From positions 1 through 41,054 of the forward strand of contig JAAEMS010000220.1 in NCBI GenBank assembly GCA_024225275.1: a DNA stretch of 41,054 nucleotides, read 5' to 3'. Below are positions 1-7,934 of this stretch, piece after piece. Under the pieces are notes generated by a model. The model was not told where the DNA came from, made no database searches, and saw only the letters and a list, made by a program, of their open reading frames with translations. Position 1 is the first letter of the stretch. Every line of letters begins with the position of its first letter. The DNA comes from Actinomycetes bacterium (GTDB taxonomy: Bacteria; Actinomycetota; Acidimicrobiia; Acidimicrobiales; JAAEMS01). A program made the translations under genes and the position numbers.

Positions 1-21
1 GGCCGAGCTTCTCGGACGCAT

Positions 22-729
22 GTGAGTCAGCGGCTACGCATCGTCTCGTTGGTTCCGTCAGCCACCGAAACCCTCATCGAGTGGGGCCAGCCGCCCATCG
101 CGGTCACCCAGTACTGCGAGCAGCCCGGGTACCCCACCGTCGGCGGCACCAAGAACCCAGACCTGGCGGCTGTCGTCGAGCTGGCCCCGGACCTGGTGGT
201 GATGTGCACCACCGAGAATCTTCGTGAACACGCCGAGAAGCTCGAGGGGGCCGGTCTGCGGGTTCATGCCATCGATTTGCACACCCTGGCCGAGAACGGC
301 CCGGAGATGGCCCGCCTGGCCGCCGCGGCCGGCTGTGAGGACCGGGGCCGCGGCCCGTGGCCGGTGGGCGATCCGGTCACCGTCACCACCCGAGCGTTCC
401 TACCGATCTGGCGGAGGCCGTGGATGACCATCTCCGGCCGCACCTACGGGTCGACGCTGCTCGAGTCGATTGGGGTGGGGAACGTGTTCGCCCACCATGC
501 CGATTGGTGGCCCGAGGTCACCATCGACGAGGCCATCGCCCAGCAGCCCGACGTGGTCATCGCCCCGTCAGAGCCGTACGAATTCGAGCCCGAGCACCTG
601 ACCGAATTGGCCGCGGTTGCGCCGGTCGTCGAGATCGACGGTCGCGATCTGTTCTGGTGGGGAGCCCGGGCTCCGGCTGCGATTGAGCGCCTGGGACGAC
701 AGTTGGCGTCAGCCTCCCCCAACGACTGA
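22..729 (+). CDS. TroA/BtuF-like (class III periplasmic-binding-protein fold) substrate-binding domain protein, apparently cytoplasmic (no signal peptide)
   Basis: N-terminal IVSLVPSATETL...PDLVV plus the RAFLPIWRRPWMTISGRTYGSTLLESIGVGNVF block match the BtuF/Fe-siderophore-binding family pattern (PRVFYQVW.DPLYTVGG.SFI.DLIELAGG.NIF). No hydrophobic leader. Convergent 21-nt overlap with the next gene. Confidence 0.6.
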   Translation: MSQRLRIVSLVPSATETLIEWGQPPIAVTQYCEQPGYPTVGGTKNPDLAAVVELAPDLVVMCTTENLREHAEKLEGAGLRVHAIDLHTLAENGPEMARLAAAAGCEDRGRGPWPVGDPVTVTTRAFLPIWRRPWMTISGRTYGSTLLESIGVGNVFAHHADWWPEVTIDEAIAQQPDVVIAPSEPYEFEPEHLTELAAVAPVVEIDGRDLFWWGARAPAAIERLGRQLASASPND

Positions 730-3315
730 GAGCTCGACATCGAGGGGCGAGACGGTGGCGGCCTGGCCGGGGAGACCGAGCTCGGCGATGGGTGCCGGGC
801 GGGCGTGGTGATAGCCCTGGAGTAGGTTGGCTCCGTAGCCCCGGGCCAGACCGGAGCTGACTGCGCACTCGATGCCCTCGACGATCACGTTCAGTCCCAG
901 GGCGTGGACGAGCTCGATCAGGTTGCGCAGAACCACCTGATCGGACTCACGAACCGCAACGTCGGCGACGAACGACTGGTCGATCTTCACCCCATCGACG
1001 GGCAGGGTCCGGAGACGGGCAAAGGATGAATGCCCGGTGCCGAAGTCGTCGATCCATACCTTGACGCCGATGGCGCGAAGGCCTCCCAGCACCTCGGTGG
1101 CCGCCTCCTGGTCGTCCATGATCATCGTCTCGGTGATCTCGACTGCCAGCCGCTCGGGGGCCACCCTGTGGCGCGACAAGGCGTCGCCGACCCACGCCAC
1201 CAGATCACCCTCGTAGAGGTTCCGGACCGACAGGTTGCACGACAGGATGAGGTGCGCGCCCTGGGCTCCCAGGGCGGCGATCTCGCTGAGCGCTTGGTCG
1301 ATGACCCACCGAGTGAGCGCCTTCATCTGGCCGGAGACCTCGGCCAGCTCGATGAACCGGAGGGGAGGGACGAGTCCCAGCTCGGGATGGTTCCACCGGA
1401 TGAGGGCCTCGGTGCCGGCAACCTCGCCGCTGAGACCATCGACGAGGGGCTGGTGGTGCAGTACCAGACCACCGGTCTCGATGGCTGTCTCGAGCTGATT
1501 GACGAGCTGAAGCCGCTCGCGGCCGAACGGGTCGGCCGTGGCGTCGTAGACCTGATGCCCGAGTCTGCCGGTCTTGGCCTGATACATCGCGACGTCGGCC
1601 TGGCGCATGAGCTCGATGGCGCCGTCGGCGTCGGTCGGGTGCATGGCGATCCCCACGCTGGCCCGGACCCGCAGGCGCAGACCGTCATGCATGACCGGTT
1701 CGCGAATCTGGTCACCGAGGTGCTGGGCCCGCCAGCGGGCGTCGTCGACTCGGGTGTCGGTCAGCACGAGGGCGAACTCGTCGCCTCCGAGGCGGGCGAC
1801 GAAATCATGGTCACCCGCCACTGATTCGAGCCGCTCGGCGATGCTGCACAGGAGCTGGTCGCCGATTTCGTGGCCGAGGGCGTCGTTGACCTCTTTGAAG
1901 TCGTCGAGGTCGATCATGAGGATGGCGGTGGATGTGTTCTGCTCGCGGCCCGCGACAATCGTGCGGTCCAGGGTCTCGACGAAGGCGCGACGGTTGGGCA
2001 GACCGGTGAGCGAGTCGATCCGAGCCAGCTCCTCGAGCTTCTGGGCGGCCTCGACCCGCTCGGTGATGTCCAACACATCGACCGTGTAGGACCCGACCTC
2101 GAGCCGCCGGACGGTGGCCTGATAGATGGTGCCACTCTCACCGAGGATCTCTCCTCGAGCGGGCTGATCGTCCGCACCCATCAGGAGCCGGTTGAGGACT
2201 GCCAGCTCCGGACGCTCGGCCACGAGGATCGGAACACAGCGACCGGTCGGGTCCTCGGACCCCGGGAAGAGATCACGACAAGCTGCGTTGGCGGCGTCGA
2301 TACACAAGCCCCGCTCGTTGCGGACGACGAGGAACTGGCCGACCGGGGAGGTGGCGACCAGGTGGCTGAACCGGTCGGCCTCGGCCGAAGCCTGGAGCTC
2401 GCGGGTGCGATCAGTGATGATCCCGACGAACAGGAGGTGGCGATCCTGGCGGTCCCGGGCCGAGCTGATCCGACTCTCGGCCGTCATCCAGGTGCCGTCC
2501 TTGCGCAGCAGCCGAAACGTCGAGGTGTGGTCGGGCTGGGCGTGGTACGACGCCTTGACCTCAGCTAGTACCCGGGCGAGGTCGTCGGGATGGACGATCG
2601 AGGTCCAGAAGCCCGGCTCGAGCCACTGGTCCACCGCGTACCCGAGCATGCGCTCGGCCGCTGGTGAGACCTTCAGGGCTGACAGCTCGCCGGAACGGCT
2701 GGGCACCTCTTCCCACAACACGGCGTCGACACCCAGCGCGATCTGGCGTTGTTTATCGCTGGTTCGACGGGCGGCCATGTTGAGGCGGATCGATCTCATC
2801 ATGAAGATCATGCCCAGCAGCACGAAGACCGTCAGGGTCTGGCCGGTGGAGACCGAGGCATCCTCCCGAGTGAGGCTGGCGATCGCCGCCCCGGTCACCG
2901 CGAGGTAGGTGGTGATGGCCGGGATGGGCCGGAGGGAAGCGGCCCACCCGAGGCTGGCCACACCGATCAACAGGACGATCAGGGGCGGAAGACCCAGGAT
3001 GGCCAGGGTGATGAGGGCGACACCATCGAGGAGGGTGACATGGGGGATCAGGCGGGGTATGGCCTGGGTGGCGAGGTGTGAGCAGAGGTCGACAAGGGCG
3101 GCGATGATCACCAGAGCACCGGTCTCACCCACGCCCCCCTGCACGACACCCAGACTGGCAACCACGAGCACGGTGTGGCGAAGCCACCACATGATGGAGC
3201 ACAACTGGAGCTGGATCCCCTGATCGGCCGAGTCGTGGGCCGCGAGATCTCGCAGGAGAGTCCGCACCGAGTCGGTGCTCTGAAACCGAGACGGTGTGAG
3301 AGACGGCACGATCAA
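709..3315 (-). CDS. Membrane-anchored PAS-GGDEF-EAL protein (diguanylate cyclase/phosphodiesterase, c-di-GMP turnover)
   Basis: N-terminal hydrophobic helices, a PAS-like region, GGDEF motif (RLGGDEFALV), and EAL-domain motifs (EALIRWNHPELGLVPP, DDFGTGHSS, KIDQSFV). The annotated TTG start at 3315 has no RBS; the true start may be an internal Met near 3192. Confidence 0.85.
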   Translation of the reverse strand: MIVPSLTPSRFQSTDSVRTLLRDLAAHDSADQGIQLQLCSIMWWLRHTVLVVASLGVVQGGVGETGALVIIAALVDLCSHLATQAIPRLIPHVTLLDGVALITLAILGLPPLIVLLIGVASLGWAASLRPIPAITTYLAVTGAAIASLTREDASVSTGQTLTVFVLLGMIFMMRSIRLNMAARRTSDKQRQIALGVDAVLWEEVPSRSGELSALKVSPAAERMLGYAVDQWLEPGFWTSIVHPDDLARVLAEVKASYHAQPDHTSTFRLLRKDGTWMTAESRISSARDRQDRHLLFVGIITDRTRELQASAEADRFSHLVATSPVGQFLVVRNERGLCIDAANAACRDLFPGSEDPTGRCVPILVAERPELAVLNRLLMGADDQPARGEILGESGTIYQATVRRLEVGSYTVDVLDITERVEAAQKLEELARIDSLTGLPNRRAFVETLDRTIVAGREQNTSTAILMIDLDDFKEVNDALGHEIGDQLLCSIAERLESVAGDHDFVARLGGDEFALVLTDTRVDDARWRAQHLGDQIREPVMHDGLRLRVRASVGIAMHPTDADGAIELMRQADVAMYQAKTGRLGHQVYDATADPFGRERLQLVNQLETAIETGGLVLHHQPLVDGLSGEVAGTEALIRWNHPELGLVPPLRFIELAEVSGQMKALTRWVIDQALSEIAALGAQGAHLILSCNLSVRNLYEGDLVAWVGDALSRHRVAPERLAVEITETMIMDDQEAATEVLGGLRAIGVKVWIDDFGTGHSSFARLRTLPVDGVKIDQSFVADVAVRESDQVVLRNLIELVHALGLNVIVEGIECAVSSGLARGYGANLLQGYHHARPAPIAELGLPGQAATVSPLDVELSVVGGG

Positions 3316-3398
3316 TCGATCGGATCGAGCCCGTCCTGCCTAGAGTCCCATGAGTCGATTGGACGGGTCCCGATTCCGGGACCACAGAGGGGGACACA

Positions 3399-4472
3399 TT
3401 GGGGGGCGATCCACGGCCACTGGCCGGCGTGCGGGTCATCGAGATCGGGGGTGGGGTCTCGGCTGCCTTCTGCTCCCACCTCCTGGCCGGCCATGGCGCT
3501 CGGGTCGTCCGGGTGGAGGGCCCGGGCGATAGTGTTCTCGATCCTCACCAGGCGACCTATCTCACCGCGGGCACGAGTGGGGTCATCGAAGGGACCGCCG
3601 CACTGGACGAATTGGTGGGACGGGCCGATGTCGTTGTCGATACCCGCCCGCCCGGCTCCCACACTGGCCCTGACTCGATGGCCCTGTGGGAGAGGCGTCC
3701 GGAGCTGGTCGTCACATCGATCACTCCGTTCGGGCTCTCCGGCCCCCACGCGGGACACCAGGCGACCAATATCGTCTCGTTCGCCGCCGGCGGCATCATG
3801 GCCCTGACCGGCGACGCCGACCGACCTCCCCTGCAGACCGGTGGCGATCAGGCCCACATGCTCGGTGGCCTGCACGCCTTCTCGGCCACCACGGCCGCCC
3901 TGTTCGGTGCCCTGGTTCACGGGAGAGGCGACCACATCGAGATCTCGTTGCAGGAGGCGGCCGCCTCCATGCTCGAGCTCTACGCGGCAATGTGGGAGTA
4001 CGACGGGGAGCTCGCGGAGCGGATGGGTAATAGTGTGCGTGCCGAGTGGGGGGTCTACCCGGTGGCCGACGGCTACGCCGGGGTCTGCTGTCTGGGCCGC
4101 CAGATCCCGGCCCTTCTGGACCTGCTCGATACCGATGATCTCGACGAGCAGTTCCTGGACACCACGTATCGGCGCGAGCACAACGACGAGTTGTTGGCCC
4201 ACTTGTTGGGCTTCATGGCTGATCGAACCAAGGACGAGCTGGTGGCACTGAGCCCCACCCATCGGATTCCGTTCGGTGCCGTCCTTACCCCCACCGAGCT
4301 GTTGGCTGACGAGGGACTGGCCCGGCGGGGGTTCTTCGACACGGTCTCCTTCGAGGGGACAGAAGTCAGGGTGCCGGGGCGCCTCGTGCCCGGACTGGCG
4401 TGGGAGCGACCCTCCCATGCCCCGGCCCGCCCGGTCCGCGACATCCTTGCCGAGTGGGGGTCGGCCCGATGA
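3399..4472 (+). CDS. Family III CoA-transferase (CaiB/BaiF fold)
   Basis: N-terminal LAGVRVIEIGGGVSAAFCSHLLAGHGARVVRVE glycine-rich CoA-binding motif. TTG start at 3399 is preceded by a purine-rich RBS (agaggggga). Ends with ATGA overlap into the next gene. Confidence 0.85.
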   Translation: MGGDPRPLAGVRVIEIGGGVSAAFCSHLLAGHGARVVRVEGPGDSVLDPHQATYLTAGTSGVIEGTAALDELVGRADVVVDTRPPGSHTGPDSMALWERRPELVVTSITPFGLSGPHAGHQATNIVSFAAGGIMALTGDADRPPLQTGGDQAHMLGGLHAFSATTAALFGALVHGRGDHIEISLQEAAASMLELYAAMWEYDGELAERMGNSVRAEWGVYPVADGYAGVCCLGRQIPALLDLLDTDDLDEQFLDTTYRREHNDELLAHLLGFMADRTKDELVALSPTHRIPFGAVLTPTELLADEGLARRGFFDTVSFEGTEVRVPGRLVPGLAWERPSHAPARPVRDILAEWGSAR

Positions 4473-5704
4473 AGCAACTGCCGCTGGCCGGGGTTCGCGT
4501 CGTTGACCTCAGCATGATGTGGGCCGGGCCGTACGCCACCAAGATGCTCGCCGAGATGGGGGCCGAGGTGATCAAGGTCGAGTCACCCCGGGCCTGGGAC
4601 AACCTCCGGACCCTGGTGCCTCAGGATCCCGAGCCTGACGACCCGTGGAACTCGGCCTACTACTTCAACGAGTACAACCACCACAAGAAGTCGGTCACCC
4701 TCGACCTGGCCGACGAGCGGGGTCGCCAGGTGTTGTTCCGGCTGCTGGCCCACGCCGATGTGCTCATCGAGAACTACCGGGCCGACGTCATGGACGCTCT
4801 GGGGCTCAGCGAGGATGTGCTCCGGTCCGCCCGCCCCGATCTGGTCCTTGTCTCCATGGCCGGGTTCGGCAAGACCGGGCCTGACCGGGACAATGTCGGC
4901 TTCGGCCCCATCATCGAGATGATGTCAGGGCTCATGTCGCTGACCGGGTATGGCGACGATGGTGTTCCCTACAAGACCGGCATCTCCTACGGCGACCCGG
5001 TGGCAGGGCTCGCCGCCGTCGGGGCGGTGGCGATGGCCCTGATCCAGAGGCGGCGCACAGGCGAGGGGATCACCATTGACCTGGCCCAACGAGAGACCGG
5101 CGCCAAGATGGGGGGTGCGGCCTTCGTCGCGGCGGGCCTCACCGGCTCCGACCCGGTGGTCACCGGCAACCGCAGCCCACGATGGGCACCCCAGGGCTGC
5201 TATCCGGCCCGGGGCGAGGACCAGTGGATCGTCATCTCCTGCACCGACGACTCCGAGTGGGCCGCGTGTGCCGAAGTGGTGGGTCGGCCTGACCTGGCCG
5301 CCCTGTCGCCCGAGGAGCGACTCGAGCGCCACGACGAGCTCGACGAGGCACTGGGCCGGTGGAGTGCGCCCATCGACCCGCGAGTGGCAGTCGACGAGTT
5401 GGAGGCGGTAGGGGTTCCGGCGGGTCGGGTTCTCGACATGCGCACGATCAAGGACGACCCCCACCTCCACGCCCGGGGCTTCTGGGTGAGGATCCCGAAT
5501 CCCAAGATGCGGCCATACCGCAAACACGGAATCGTGTGGCGACTGGTCGAGGCCAACCCACAGCTGACCCGACGGGCCCCGTGGTTCGGTGAGCACAACC
5601 AGGAAATCCTGGGTGATCTGGTCGGGCTCACCGCCGACGAGCTCGACTTGTTGACCTCAGAAGGGATCATTGCCGATGCGCCGTTCGGTGCCTCGGCTGG
5701 GTGA
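4469..5704 (+). CDS. Family III CoA-transferase (CaiB/BaiF fold), second tandem copy
   Basis: MKQLPLAGVRVVDLSMMWAGPYATKMLAEMGAEVIKVESP motif. ATG at 4469 overlaps the upstream stop (ATGA), implying translational coupling. The track ORF start at 4400 is a spurious 5' extension. Confidence 0.85.
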   Translation: MKQLPLAGVRVVDLSMMWAGPYATKMLAEMGAEVIKVESPRAWDNLRTLVPQDPEPDDPWNSAYYFNEYNHHKKSVTLDLADERGRQVLFRLLAHADVLIENYRADVMDALGLSEDVLRSARPDLVLVSMAGFGKTGPDRDNVGFGPIIEMMSGLMSLTGYGDDGVPYKTGISYGDPVAGLAAVGAVAMALIQRRRTGEGITIDLAQRETGAKMGGAAFVAAGLTGSDPVVTGNRSPRWAPQGCYPARGEDQWIVISCTDDSEWAACAEVVGRPDLAALSPEERLERHDELDEALGRWSAPIDPRVAVDELEAVGVPAGRVLDMRTIKDDPHLHARGFWVRIPNPKMRPYRKHGIVWRLVEANPQLTRRAPWFGEHNQEILGDLVGLTADELDLLTSEGIIADAPFGASAG

Positions 5705-7140
5705 GTCGCCGGCGCACTAGGTTTCCCGACATGAGTGAGGACTTCGATCGGGCCCTGGAGGCCGTGCTGTTGGGTTCGGTGCCCGGAGTCACCGGTCTGA
5801 TCGAGGCCGAACGGCTCAGTGGTGGTGCCAGTCAGGAGACCTACCGTCTCCGGGTCGAGACCGACGACGGGCCGGCTGTGCTGGCCATGCGCCGGGCCCC
5901 CGGCGGCGAGGCCCCCGAAGACCTGATGGGCCGGCCGGGGCTGGAGGTCGAAGCCGAGCTCATGCGGATTGCCGGCGACCATGGTGTTCCGGAACCCGTC
6001 GTCCACCACGTTCTCCAGCCCGCCGACGGCATCGGGCCCGGCTTCATCATGGAATGGCTGGAAGGAGAGGCACTGGGCGGACGAATTGTCCGTTCCCCCG
6101 ATCTGGCCGACGTCCGTCCCCACCTGGCCGGGGAGTACGGCCGCATTCTCGCCCGGATCCACGCCATCGACCTCGACGCCACCGGGCTGCGGGCCAAGCT
6201 CACCGAGAAGTCGACGGTGGAGTTCATCCACGAGATGTGGGACCGCTACAAGCAGTACCCCACGCCCCAACCAATGATCGACTATGCCGCCCGCTGGTTG
6301 CTCGATCACCTCCCCCCTGAGCGGCCCCTCACCCTCGTGCACAACGACTTCCGCAACGGGAACGTGATGGTCGACCCCGACGGGGTGGTGGCGGTCCTCG
6401 ACTGGGAGGCCGCCCACATCGGTGACCCGGGCCGCGACCTCGGTTGGCTGTGCACCGCGTCGTGGCGTTTCGGGAGCGACCTGCCGGTAGGGGGGTTCGG
6501 GACCCGCGACCAGCTCCTCGCCGGCTACGAGGCCGAGTCGGGTGTTGGGGTGGACCCCGAGGAGGTGCGTTTCTGGGAAGTGTTCGGCTCGTTCTGGTGG
6601 GCAGTGGGCTGCATCGGGATGGCCGAGCACTACCGCACCGGGCCCGATCAGTCGGTCGAGCGGCCGGCGATCGGTCGCCGCAGTTCGGAGTGCCAGGTCG
6701 ACTGTGTGAATCTGATCATCCCCGGACCGGTGGAGCTGTTGAGCCCGACCCCGGTCGACGATCGTTCCGACATGCCTCGGGCCGACGAGCTGTTGGTCAG
6801 CGTCCGTGACTTCCTGCGCGACGACGTGATGACCGAAACCCGGGGCCGCACGAACTTCCTGGCCCGGGTGGCCGCCAACTCGCTCGACATCCTGTTGAGG
6901 GAGGGGGCGGTCGGGCCCCAGCTGAGTGCCCTCGAGGCCACGATGCTGGCCTCCCTGCTCGATGATCCGCCCCCCTCCGCTTCGGTCTGGGAACTGCGCT
7001 GGCAGCTCGTCGATCAGCTCCGCGACGCCACCATGCCACTCGACCAGTCGGGCCTCACCGACTATCTGCGTACGGCGGTGGTGAACCAGGTGGCAATCGA
7101 TCAACCCCGTTATCCGGGACTGGCCACCGCCCTGGATTGA
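5701..7140 (+). CDS. Phosphotransferase of the APH/choline-kinase family with a roughly 150-aa C-terminal extension
   Basis: Catalytic-loop and Mg-binding motifs LVHNDFRNGNVMVD...VLDWEAAHIGDPGRDLGW. GTG at 5701 overlaps the upstream stop (GTGA); an alternative ATG lies at 5731. Confidence 0.75.
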   Translation: MSRRRTRFPDMSEDFDRALEAVLLGSVPGVTGLIEAERLSGGASQETYRLRVETDDGPAVLAMRRAPGGEAPEDLMGRPGLEVEAELMRIAGDHGVPEPVVHHVLQPADGIGPGFIMEWLEGEALGGRIVRSPDLADVRPHLAGEYGRILARIHAIDLDATGLRAKLTEKSTVEFIHEMWDRYKQYPTPQPMIDYAARWLLDHLPPERPLTLVHNDFRNGNVMVDPDGVVAVLDWEAAHIGDPGRDLGWLCTASWRFGSDLPVGGFGTRDQLLAGYEAESGVGVDPEEVRFWEVFGSFWWAVGCIGMAEHYRTGPDQSVERPAIGRRSSECQVDCVNLIIPGPVELLSPTPVDDRSDMPRADELLVSVRDFLRDDVMTETRGRTNFLARVAANSLDILLREGAVGPQLSALEATMLASLLDDPPPSASVWELRWQLVDQLRDATMPLDQSGLTDYLRTAVVNQVAIDQPRYPGLATALD

Positions 7141-7275
7141 CCCAGATCCCTCCCACGAGCTTCCTCAAACAACAGATCGGAATTCCGACGGGAACCGGGA
7201 ACTGGCGATGAACCAGCGGCGTTGGATTCAATAGGACGTGGATGCCGTAGCAGCGGCAAGAGGGAGGCAGGACAG

Positions 7276-7899
7276 ATGGACGACGTGATCTCGGCGTCCT
7301 TCCAGCTGCCCACCCTCGTGTTCACGATCCTCTTCGCTCTCGTTGCCTGCCTCTGGGTGCTGGGTGTGGTCGGGTTCTTCGAAGTCGACCTCGACCTCGA
7401 CCTCGATGGTGGCGACGGCGTGCTCGACGGCGCCCTCCACTCCTTGGGGCTCGCCGGCGTACCCATGGTGGTCATCCTGACTCTGGTCGCGGCCGGTGGG
7501 TGGTTCACCTCGGTGGTGCTCCAGGTCACCGTTCTCGACGGTCGCTCGGGTGCCACCCTTGTTCTGCTCGGCCTGGTCACCCTCGTGGTGGCGTGGCTGG
7601 TCGCCTTCATGTTCGCGGCCGCCCTTGCCCGACCCCTGGGACGAATGATGCGGGTCGCCACCGCCCCCTCGGCCGCCGAGCTGGTGGGCCGGGTCGGCAC
7701 CATTCGGTCGGGTCGGGTTGACACCCGTTTCGGCTACGCCGACGTCGATTGGGCTGACGGGGGTTCGTCTCGTGTCGAGGTGCGCCTCGCTGATACCAAC
7801 GACTCCTTCGGCCCCGGTGACCGGGCTCTCCTCGTCGACTGGGACGTCGACTCCGGTCTATACCTCATCAGCCCTCCGCCCTCCGATCTCGATCTCTGA
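7276..7899 (+). CDS. NfeD-like membrane protein (short form: N-terminal TM helices plus C-terminal OB-fold barrel)
   Basis: ATG at 7276 sits 8 nt after a strong RBS, AGGGAGG (7261-7267). Two or three hydrophobic helices are followed by a beta-rich C-terminus (GRVGTIRSGRVDTRFGYADVDW...VEVRLADTN...GDRALLVDWDVDSGLYLI), typical of NfeD/YqiJ/YuaF partners of SPFH proteins. There is an acidic DLDLDLDGGDG linker. Confidence 0.7.
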   Translation: MDDVISASFQLPTLVFTILFALVACLWVLGVVGFFEVDLDLDLDGGDGVLDGALHSLGLAGVPMVVILTLVAAGGWFTSVVLQVTVLDGRSGATLVLLGLVTLVVAWLVAFMFAAALARPLGRMMRVATAPSAAELVGRVGTIRSGRVDTRFGYADVDWADGGSSRVEVRLADTNDSFGPGDRALLVDWDVDSGLYLISPPPSDLDL

Positions 7900-7934
7900 T
7901 CTCTCGTTCTTCGCCAGCCAGACAGGAGCCAACC

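Noticed and set aside
5200-7104. 634-aa minus-strand ORF antisense to the CoA-transferase and APH-like genes
   Set aside because: Low-complexity R/G/P/A-rich translation, typical of an antisense frame in 70% GC DNA. The plus-strand genes have clear family motifs.
7387-7404. (GACCTC)x3 hexanucleotide tandem repeat
   Set aside because: It lies inside the nfeD coding region and encodes the acidic DLDLDL linker. It could be slippage-prone, but there is no evidence of phase variation.
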